A stretch of DNA of 63,480 bases, filler included, from Catajapyx aquilonaris (taxonomy: Eukaryota): NCBI GenBank assembly GCA_000934665.2. It is 4 parts of 4 records of this genome, joined end to end, with 100 filler letters (N's around TTAATTAATTAA, not from the genome) between each part and the next. Parts side by side here need not be neighbours in the genome. Positions count along the whole stretch, not along the records: positions 47,715 to 63,480 come from JYFJ02007396.1; 3 more parts are not named here. One strand, given 5' to 3'. The stretch's first letter is position 1. Every line of letters begins with the position of its first letter. A program made the position numbers and the translations under genes. This document shows, one piece after another, positions 53,554 to 63,480 of the stretch. The notes beneath the pieces were generated by a model. The model was not told the origin of the DNA and did not search any database. It was given only the letters and a program-made list of their open reading frames with translations.

Positions 53554-56500
53554 ATGTCACTCGCAGCCAGTCACCAGGCATCAAAAAGCATGGATGTCAG
53601 TCCCCGCGGATCAAAAATGGATGTCAGTCCCCACGGATCAAGATATGATCTCAGTCGCCTGATACTGGATCGTCGTGGATCTGGAAAGTCAGGCGGGCAA
53701 GTGTCAGAGACGTCGGAGAAAAGCCGTAAAAAGTCAATATCGGACTTCATTAAAGAAATAGCTGATTTGGAACGACATAACCAGTTGGTTTTAACGGAGA
53801 AGAGACAGGCCCTGGAGCAGAGGACGTTAGCGCGCACAATGCCAGTGAGTCAATTTATTGGAGTTTGCATTCTGGTGTTCTTGATTTCTCTCTAAGCTGT
53901 AACTAATAGTCAATATTGCGAAAGAATCAGAGGTGCTATTAATAAATCAAATTCTGACAAAATATATCATTCTCCCTCCCGCATTCTCGGTGCAAGACTT
54001 ATTTTCTGTTAACAGATATGCATACTTATATAGTTTACTTCTAACCTGCAAGTCATTTTCCCCTCCGTACAAGGAGTGGTTATAATATTATTTTAAAATT
54101 GTGCATAATTTCCAAGAGAAAGAAGCCATCACAAAACTGATATTTTGGTGTTATTGTTTTCAGGTTGCCCTTTTTGCTGTTCACATCATGCAGTGTGAAA
54201 AAGTGGATATTTTGGGCCTCGGTATCCTTTTCTCATATTAGCCATTAAGCCCCACATGCATCTACTCGTATACTTCGTTCAACAAACTGACCAGGCTAGT
54301 GTCGCCTGATATCATCTGTATTTTTCAAAAAGGTCTGATCACCAGTCACCTGGTGCTTCGGTCAGCATATTTTGCATGTGAAGAATGCGGCTGGACTTTG
54401 GCTCTGACATAAACAGGATCCATTATTATTTTGTTGAGCTCATGATATTCAGTGAATATTAGGACACCATACTGTACTGTACATTAGGCTAGTTTATGCC
54501 CCTTTGTGCCAGTTGCATAAATGAGACAAGCCGAGAAGTGATTACTACTTAGATGTTATTCATAAGGATTAATATTACTTGATCAGGATTTACCATCATT
54601 TGATGCAATCCAGCCTTCATGAGCAGAACATTTACAAACTAATAGTATTGACTTTTGGAAAAGGTGGCTTATTGAGCTGTTCATTCTCACAATTTCACTT
54701 TATAGACTAACAATAATTTACGGAATTATGATTTCAGTCATTCAGTGTCCAAAATAAGTGAATAATAATGATAATATTGTGTATAGTTTCCTTACAATTT
54801 GCTATCAGGATTCGATACGACCAAGAAAGTTAACGTTTTCTTGAAGATCTATGTGGGCAAACGCAAGAATTACTCGATAGCAATTTCAACGTACACCATG
54901 AGCAAGTTGTTCTTTGACTTTGTCAAGCACTTTCGAGTTGAGGTATAATAAGATGTTGGGAAGTATAAAATTTTTTCAAAAGTATTAAAATAAGGCTGCC
55001 CTTACAGAAGTGAGTATTTAACACTTCCCCACCTTTCAAAAAAAGCTATCCTCAGCACCAGATGACAAGCACAACTACTTCAAGGCCCAGTTGTGGGGTT
55101 ATCAAGACCTATTAGCGCCACGACTAATTGGCATGGCAGAGATCCACTTGTTTCAGTGTATGAGGGACATGGGTGGAAAGAAGACACTACTTCTGCTCAG
55201 GAATGGTAATTACGTGGGCAAATTGAAGATCGAGTACGCATTCATGTATGGTTCCTTTGGCTATGGATTCTCCAATCAGGTGTGGACATTTTATTGTAAT
55301 CTGATGTCATGAGCTGAAAATGATTGTCCATTTTTGTTCAGCTGCAAAACAAACAGCAGGAGCCAACGTCTTACATCATGAACTCAGTGTTTCCACGTGC
55401 AAATCCTCGAGTTGGGGCTGACCCTATGAACCCATTCACTGGATTGCTGAAACCTCCACTAAATCTCAAAAAGAGAGAGGAAGTAGGCAAACCTCTAAAA
55501 TGCGCTGACGATCTGTGCTTCAGATTTGAGGGTATAATAGGCTACCACACCATCATATATTTTGCCTTAAAGGGAGACATATTGTGTCTCCTTAAAGAAT
55601 TTAGTATAGCTTATTGAAACTGCAGTGTACGCTTACAACACCATTAGCCGGATGTATGTGCCAATGGTGGGTGTCCTGGTTTGTGTATGTATTGCTGGGG
55701 AGTTATTTTGAGGAGACAGCATTGATCCCTATAATGCGAAATGTGATCCTATGAAGTTAGATATTTTGGTTTTGCACTGTCTGATCTTAAAATTGGCCTA
55801 CATATGATTTTTCAGGTATGAAGACGGCATATCAACTAGGATTTGATGCCGTGGAATTATTCAAGAATAAGACCGTGAGGTATCACTCCCAACTGAATGC
55901 TTCAGGAATACGCTCCCGACGAGGCCGCCTCGAATGCATTGAGGCCCTTGTCCGACGGAAGAAGCCTTTGCCAGCACGTGACATCTACCCTGTCTTAAAA
56001 TGGGTGTGTTGACAGTTGACTGCACCTTACATTAGTCTTTCCGGGATGTGTGGGTGGTTGTATAGAAAAAATTATTTGACTTCTAAAATTTCGAATCCCA
56101 CTTTCACACCATGAAAACAGTGTCATTCTACATGACACACGTACTTTTTTGTTGTCCAAATGAAAGTTATGCATTTGTTTTTATTTTTCCAGGCTGTGTG
56201 GTTAAATAAAATGAAGCAAATGAGCCAAGAGTTGCTTGCTGGTCATCACCACCAAAAATGTAAGTGTACCTCATTCACACCGCATACTGTGGATATACCC
56301 TTACCAAAATATAACATCACCATTTCCTCGTGGTGAGGTCGTTTTCACATCACCAACATCACCTGAGCCTCGCATTCACCTCACCAAACATCACCACAGT
56401 CTATATAATATAGGACAATTCAATTCTCCTAATATAAAAAAAAAACAGTTTCGAGATAATCCCAAGCAGGATCTCAAGCAAAGGTTTCACCTTGCACTTG

Positions 56501-57177
56501 TTTAAGATGCTAGTGAATGCAGAAAATTATTTCTATATTATTTTCTTTGTGATTGTATTCCAACTTGATCCTGTGCTGAAACACTCACTCTCGACCTGGG
56601 GTTACTCACAATTGGCACAGTAATTATGTAGTACACTGGCCTTACTATATACCATTGCACATTCTTTGACAGTTTTCCAACGAGTTTTGCAAAAACTAGG
56701 ATGGACAGGAATATTCAGCATAATGAATGAAGAGCGGGAAGCAAAGCGCAGCAGAGGTGAGAGCAATGACATATATTTGCATTGGTGTACCTCTGATTAT
56801 AACAGTGCAGTGTTCAAAGAAATTCGGGACCTTTTAGTTTTAGTGTTTAGCAGTAACAGCAGCAGCAGACTTCTGAGATCACATAATTATGAGCGAGCAT
56901 TGGAAGGAAAATAATGAATGACACTGGACGTAGGCTAAACTTTAAAAATTAACTTGCAATACTTATTCTTTGATTTTGTCCAGCTATGAAAGCGGAAGCT
57001 GCACAGATATGGGATTCAGACGAGGACGACGACAATGAAGATGAATGCCCCAAAATAACACTCTCCATTGAGCAACCTTCGGACGATGCCACCTACTTCC
57101 CTCCTGGCACCAGGATGGGCAATGAAGGAGTCATTATGCATAAGGAAGATTTCGAAGTTGACTACCCAAAACTATAG
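53554..57177 (+). CDS. C2CD6: C2CD6/ALS2CR11 (CATSPER-tau)-like C2-domain protein
   Basis: Phase-consistent exons 53554-53844, 54164-54221, 54809-54942, 55046-55279, 55342-55531, 55816-56003, 56193-56259, 56673-56756, 56984-57177. Colinear motifs FAVHI..C, FDFVKHFRVE, DDKHN, IHLF, KLKIEYAFMYGSFGYGFSNQL versus recalled human LAVHIKNC, FDEVKYFSVQ, DDKRN, IHLY, RLEVEFMFSYGNFGYGFSHQL. Confidence 0.82.
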
Positions 57178-57351
57178 TATCTTGTACATGGTACTTGCAT
57201 GTTTCTCATGCAATGCATATGCATGTTGTTGTATAATTATGCAATTTACAGAAAAATGGCATGACCCTGATTATACAGTATTTGGCTTAATAAACTCTAC
57301 TGTCGAAATTATTTCGTGCTGAAAGACACTATACTATTCTGGCAAGACCCG

Positions 57352-57595
57352 TTTTTAGACCTTTTTTTGTAGAGAAAAAGTCTTATAGAACCGCTCTGTC
57401 CATAGGTCCGTCCGTCCGTCTGTGGACAGGTATCAGCTGTCCCAAAACCGCCAGAGATAACGACAAACGGTTTTCGGATTCGGATTCAGCGGAACATAAA
57501 TAGGTTTCATAGTCAACTTCCGGTGGCCGTCAACTTTCGGTTTTCCGCCAGAGAAAAAGTCTACTCGAATCACGCTGGCGTGATTTGCCAATTTT
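57352..57595 (+). mobile_element. DINE-1-like Helentron-associated element (HINE)
   Basis: 5' subTIR tttttagaccttttt, nearby inverted partial copy aaaaagtctta, (GTCC)n microsatellite, 3' subTIR aaaaagtcta, short hairpin aatcacgc-tg-gcgtgatt, then T run. Confidence 0.8.
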
Positions 57596-57821
57596 GTTTC
57601 ATAATGTCAGTACAGTGCAACATCTTCAAAGAACACCTTATAAAATGAAGGTGTAGTATTTTACTACTTAAATAAGTTTAATTAATTGCGGCATTTGAAG
57701 TGGCCGCTTCCGCACAGGCTTCCGCTTCCTCCAAATGGATTCAAAATGTCCGTAGTCATCCAAACCTCAACGTGCCTTTTCGCAACATGCACATTTTGGC
57801 TGGAGAAATTATCCAGGGACA

Positions 57822-59776
57822 ATGGACAGCTTTTGGAGCATAATGGACGCTGTTCGCACGGCACGGCATGTACGGGAGGTACGGAGAGTGGTGCAGCATT
57901 GTCGGCGTGACCGTGCCAAACGAATGAGGGCTGATCCGTACGAGGACTACACTGAGGTTGAGTTCAAGCGGAGGTTTAGATTTGGGAAGAAGTATGCCAG
58001 GAAGATCACAGAGGCTCTCCGGAGTGACCTGATGGGTACCAGCAACAGGGGACTGCCCGTGCCCGTTGAGCTGCAGGTCCTGATCGCACTTGGGTTCTAC
58101 GGGCACAACGGGATGCAGGGAGATGTTGCAGATGACTACGGGCTGTCTCAAGCAACGGTGAGCCGCGTTGTGAGGAAGGTGACTCAAGTGCTGGCCAGCA
58201 AGAAGGATGAGTACGTCACGTTTCCAAGGAAAGGAGCGGCGGCCAAGAGGGAGATGGAGAAGTTCTTTGGGGAAGCCAGATTCCCTCATGCTGTTGGGGC
58301 TGTCGATGGGATGCAGATGGAGATTAAGAGCCCAAGCAAACCGCTCGCCCAGGATGAATGCAAGTCCATTTACGTCCAGGTAAGCACCAGCAGTAGTGTT
58401 ACATACTACGTGGACGTAACAGGATTGGGGCAAATTGACAACCAATTTGGCATTCACACAGTCCGAGGCGATGAAGGTGTTGGCAGCACTGAGACAATGC
58501 ACAGTCATTTCATCTAGGCCTACACTGTAAACCACAAACCATTAAAAGAGCATCACTACTAATTTTCCCATTTTTCATGCTCTTCTAATGCTCTTGTAAT
58601 GCTTTTTAGCAACAAAAAAGTATCATTAAGAATTGATGCTCCATGGGAGATTCACTAGTGATGCAGTTTACAGTGTAACCAACCATACATTAATTTCAGA
58701 TGGCAGTAGGAGCAGACTACCAGATCCTCGATGTCATGACTCATTTGGAGGGCAACGCTCATGATGCCAGGATGTACTACATGTCCCATTTAAAGGGGAA
58801 GTGTGAGAGGGGAGAGCTTTCCGGGCTTCTGCTTGGGGATTGCGGATATGCTTGCGGAAACTTCCTCATGACGCCGTTGAGGAATCCCAAAACTCTTCCG
58901 GAGAAGAGGTACAACTGCGCACACCAGGAAGTCAGGGGAAAGTCTGAGGAAGTGTTTGGAATTATGAAGGGACGTTTCCTGACAATGCAGCAGAGGTTGA
59001 GACTGATGCCGGAGACTGCCAAGGATTGTGTCGCTGCCATGTGTGTACTCCACAACATGGCAGTAGAATGGGGTGAAGGTGTGTAGAATACCTGTCGATC
59101 TGAGCATGAGTGTACTATCTGACAATATTATTGTTTAAACCGCTTTTGCATGCAAGCGATGTATCAGCAATGTTGCAGCGATGAAACCAATTGTTTGGGG
59201 TGAAAATATATTGTTACCACCATTGTTACTTGTTCTCAGCGATGTGCATTGCCGCAACATTGCTGATTGATCGCTCACGTGTATTTAAATCATTGCTACA
59301 TTACTTGTAATGCACAACACAAGTCTTGTTTTACGAAGTTATTACCAAGGCATGGAATTAGTGACCTAGCAAGTTTAAAGGAGGATTATTTGAATGAATA
59401 GAGTTAATTATTATCCAAGCATCACCAAAATTTGTTCCTAGCAGAGCCATACTGTGGTCCTAATATAACTCATTGTTCTGACACAAAATCACATGTAAAG
59501 TAACATCACTACTGCAACCTGTGAGTTATTTTGACTCTGATGAATAATTTCGAAGCACTGCTGGCAAATTGATGACTGTTTTTCTGAAAGGGACTCGTCA
59601 TGAGGGAATGGTTCGCCTTTGTTCACATTTCCCTTGTTCTAATTACAGGCCCAGGTGGTGAAGATGGTGCGTCAGACAATGAAGATTCGTCAGGCCAATC
59701 ATCCATCGTGAGGGATGATAACTCTGCTAATGCTGACCGGGCACATCTGATTAAACAACACTTTACAGTTCCTTGA
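57822..59776 (+). CDS. HARBI1: HARBI1-like Harbinger transposase-derived nuclease, 3 exons, intact frame
   Basis: Exons 57822-58379, 58700-59078, 59649-59776. Motifs F.RRFRF, QVLIALGFY..G, QATVSR, FP..VGAVDG, G..HDA, LLGDCGY, LMTP..NP....E.RYN.AH...R...E..FGIMKGRF, CVLHN, C-terminal RAHLIKQHF. Confidence 0.9.
58523..58675. mobile_element. TA-flanked MITE in HARBI1-like intron 1
   Basis: TIRs cactgtaaac / gtttacagtg with internal gagcatc / gatgctc inverted motifs. Confidence 0.65.
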
Positions 59777-60222
59777 GAAGCAAGCCATCATGCGTAATGA
59801 TGGACAGTATGAGTAACAGACTGATGGAATTAACATTTTTACTTTGATGTTAAATAACCGAAGAAAAACTATTTAAAAAATATTACCTTCTGGGTTTCCA
59901 CTTTTTCTTCTTCTGTTTTATTTGTATTTTCCCGCCTCTCTCCCTCTGGTACCACTGCTCCAGTTGGCAACCCTGATATTTGGACGACCCTGATTTCAAC
60001 ATGGCGCCCGTCTCTCGCTGTTTTCATTTGTGAAATCTCGCGTCTTTTCTTCAGCCTCCAGGAATTCAGCGTAGGGAATATTATAATTTTCTATTACTTT
60101 GCATTGCAATCAATCAATGCCATCATTTTCACTGACTTACCACGCACGTTTTGAAAGTTGTAATCTATGCACACTGGTTTAACCAAGGGTTTTACACTGC
60201 ACTTCTTTTATAGTTTAGAAAC

Positions 60223-60735
60223 ATGTCCAGCCTGCTGCAAGCAAAAGCTGAGGTTAAGGAAGAGGAGGAGATTACCACAGAAGAGACATGGTTAATGCAA
60301 GTGAAGCAAGAGGTGGAAGCTTCATCGGAAGATTTGGAGATCGCCGAGGAGGAGGAGATGACGGCATTGGCACCTCTCTTTATGCCCAGAGCTTATGACC
60401 CATTGGATATGAATGTGAAGCCGTACACCTGCACAGAGTGCAAACAATCCTTTTACAGCAAGACGGAATTAGCCACGCATGCCATTAGTCACACATGGGA
60501 GAGGAAGTACACTTGCAACCAGTGCGATGAATCTTTTGTGACCCGTGCGAAATTCTTGAAGCATAGAGGTGTACACACGTGTGCCTTGTGCAAGAACACT
60601 TTATTCTGCAAGCATACTGAATTACACACTTGCGACTTGTGCTCCAAGACGTACTTCTCCAAGTCAAACCTGTTGAGACACAGAAAGACACACACTCGTG
60701 GAAAGCCATTCTCTTTCAAATTTTGTTCAAAATAA
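60223..60735 (+). CDS. C2H2 zinc-finger protein with acidic VKEE/VKQE N-terminus; premature stop before degenerate fingers
   Basis: KPYTCTECKQSF..HAISH, CNQCDESF..HRGVH, CDLCSKTY..LLRHRKTH; acceptor AG just before the ATG; finger homology continues past TAA 60733. Confidence 0.82.
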   Translation: MSSLLQAKAEVKEEEEITTEETWLMQVKQEVEASSEDLEIAEEEEMTALAPLFMPRAYDPLDMNVKPYTCTECKQSFYSKTELATHAISHTWERKYTCNQCDESFVTRAKFLKHRGVHTCALCKNTLFCKHTELHTCDLCSKTYFSKSNLLRHRKTHTRGKPFSFKFCSK

Positions 60736-61657
60736 TTCATGGCCAGTTACCCAATGCTTGTGTACATGCGAACCCACAGCAGTGAAAAGCCATTCACATG
60801 TGATATTTGTAACAAATCATTTACCCAACCTCAAACATGACAAGGCACAGGAATAAGCATCCTGTAGTTAATGTTACCAGGTGATAATGACTAAAAGCTG
60901 ATCAATGCAGGTGTCATTGTTTTGTCACTTTAGGAACCTAGTTAATATCGTGCAGGATAATCCTGAACTGGGAAATATTATGTAAAGTTTATTACATTTT
61001 GTCCCAGGCTTATCATCCAGGACCTTCTTGAAGTTGAGGTTACATGAAAAAAGTGTAAGTACTGTATACTGAATCGTCAGGTCAGTGGGTTCCCAAGTTA
61101 AGTTACAGCTGGCATTAACAGTGTTAATCCTGCTATATATCCAGGCATTTTCCAACTTGATAGATATACAAAATAAATATCTCATAAATATGCTCATCCA
61201 TTTTTTTCTGGATAGATTTTGTTACGTTTCTTCTTAAAAGGTCAAGGAAAATCCTACCTCAGTGCGAAGATTGAATAAATCATATGCAGTAGACATATTT
61301 TCATATCTGCAGCCAACTGTAGGCAGGTTAACTGCAATGGCATTATTCCAATGTAATAGTTCCTAGAATGTTACAGTCGAATCTACATGTGCCTAATGTT
61401 ACTTTCAATCTAAAATGCTTCAGGGATTCCTTCTTCAGCATTTTCAACAGGATTCATGCACATTCCTGTAAACTCTGGCTAATATTCAGAAGCACAGACC
61501 ATATCGTTTTTTCTTTCTTTAATGTTGATGTGAGGAGCATTAACAGGATCCATGCTATTGGCTTGCAATAGAGTGAGATGTGATTCCCATGCCTATCGTG
61601 TTACTGATTCCATAATGAAGCAAATTAAACAGAAGTGAGAAGCTGATACACTGGGTA

Positions 61658-61741
61658 CTATCAGCGCGGAAATGGTACGGACACTAATATTGTCAATGGT
61701 GAGCTTACCCCCAAGTGTCCGTACCATTTCCGCACCAATAG
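61658..61741. mobile_element. 84-bp MITE
   Basis: TIRs ctatcagcgcggaaatggtacggacact / agtgtccgtaccatttccgcaccaatag, TA flanks. Confidence 0.75.
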
Positions 61742-63480
61742 TACATTCATGCTATTGAGAAGCGCCCTCTCAACTGACTCATAAACACTGATATTTAATT
61801 AATGCAGTATGAAATGTATGATATCAAATATTTTCAGATCCTGGTGATGTTGGAAATAAATGACTGAAATGTTACTGTAATAATGTTCTTATGTTAGATG
61901 TATGTTGTTAGTCATGCTTTCAATTTGTTTGACTACATTTTAAGCTGCCTTCATCTGGAACCAACATAGATTGCAGATTTTTTGCAGTGCTTCTAGGTGA
62001 TGGAGGTGGGTGGTTTTACCTGGTATGGTGCAGATAACCTGCAGGAAACACATCTTGAAATCTGGCTATTTCAAACAGTGAGCTGTATTAGTACAGCACA
62101 TAGCCCAGCACAATTTTTGGAATATTTTCAATATTTTTCCTTGCTAATAGGATGTCTTTAATCCTCCTAAATTCATGAGATATAGGCCTACCCAAATAAA
62201 TATTTGTCAAAAGTAAACATTTTATTATTTCATTTACATATTTCCTGTACCTAAGTTGCACTGGTAAAATGTCTTTGTGCCACTATAGACACCACCAAGG
62301 CGTCTCATATGTAACATTAATGTGAAATAATAATTTATAAACACTTTTTTGCACACCTCACAGGTGGCCAAGCTTGTCTTTAAATGCCCCTTCGCATGCT
62401 CATTCAAGTCACTGCAAAACTAGTCATTACACAATTTGCACTGAAAAGGCTCGATCCTCAGCAGTTCCCTCCATACGCTGGAATCTGCATTATATCCTCT
62501 TCATCCTCCTTGCAAATCTTATGCAAATGGATAAGTAAGTGGATGGGCTCATAGTCTGCAGGATAATGTGGAAAAAATTACGTGTATACGAGTTAGACTG
62601 TTAGAGAGAGACCACATGTCCACATGTTAGGTTATATAGTACACGTTTTGAAAGCTCTATTAGAGGTTACTTAACTAATAGTGTATGAAAGCAAACGCTA
62701 ACCCGCTCGCTACTCTTAGTCAATGTAATGAAACGTAATTGTTCAGTCACATTCTAGTCATATTACGCTAATGCATGTCAACCCGCAACCGCTTCTACAT
62801 CAATCGTTTCGGATTCAAAATGGCTCCAGCGTTTAAGTTGGCTTCACACTTGCGTGGTTCAGGCTGCGTAGTTCAAAGTTCGATACAATTCCGGTCCATG
62901 CTCAGTCTCAGGTATGCTGCTATGACGTTATTAGGACCGTGTCTTATACAGTGTCGCAATAGGCACGAGTCTTGGACAGCAACTGGTGTTACGATGTATA
63001 CTCGTCTAATAATTTTGGTGTCACTCTGCTTATTCAGGCCTGCAACAGTTGATTCGTCGACTCGTCGTTTCGGGAAGGTAATTAGGATAATGCAAGAATA
63101 TAATCACAAGGAAATATTTCATGACGTTTAATTTCAGCCTGCATTTATATGGGGAAGAATGAACCATGCAAGCGCGTTTTCATAGATTCCCCAGAACCTA
63201 CTCGTGACCCCCGTAAGTGCAATATTATAATTATATGATGTGTTTCATAGTTACCCAGCAGGTCTCAATGTAGCTGGGAATATAAAAATAAGCTAGGGAC
63301 TAGGAAAACCCTCGCTCCGCTCGTATTTTCCTAGGGCGCTGGCCTAGAAAACCGCTCGCTTCGCTCGCTCTTTTCTAGGCCTGCGGCCTACAGTACCGGT
63401 ACCCACCACATTTTCAATCTCTTCGGACTTATTGCCAGTGATGATGCCAATCATATCCACATCCCCCACCCTCACCCGTT

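Noticed and set aside
57756..58535. 259-aa minus-strand ORF
   Set aside because: Antisense shadow of HARBI1-like exon 1.
62775..63131. 118-aa ORF near the window end
   Set aside because: No recognisable motif. It may overlap a promoter or first exon (aaaATGGCT at 62820), but I cannot support a gene call.

Overview
Eukaryotic (invertebrate, probably arthropod) genomic DNA with short GT-AG introns and many TEs. It is built from four contigs joined by artificial N-TTAATTAATTAA-N spacers (15790-15889, 31680-31779, 47615-47713), so adjacency across those spacers is not evidence of synteny. Genes I could reconstruct exon by exon: (1) a minus-strand protein carrying only the STAG/SA-binding middle segment of the cohesin kleisin Rad21; (2) the 3' seven exons of a selenocysteine thioredoxin reductase ending Gly-Cys-UGA(Sec)-Gly, with a canonical type II SECIS and an extra 60-nt hairpin 6 nt after the UGA; (3) the 5' exons of VPS26C/DSCR3; (4) an unknown two-TM protein with a 16-nt microexon; (5) the 3' exons of a KIF28/KLP-6-like kinesin ending in a CaaX box; (6) two C2H2 zinc-finger genes, one with a decaying 3' end; (7) a complete C2CD6/ALS2CR11 (CATSPER-tau)-like gene; (8) an intron-containing HARBI1-like Harbinger nuclease gene. 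There is one full 7SL SRP RNA gene and a second copy identical over 263 bp but with an altered 3' end. TEs include tRNA-SINEs with TSDs, a LINE fragment, Tc1/mariner, pogo, hAT, Harbinger, Sola-like and piggyBac-like MITEs, a DINE-1-like Helentron element, foldback palindromes and a P-element-like 27-bp footprint. All homology calls come from recalled family motifs, not database searches.
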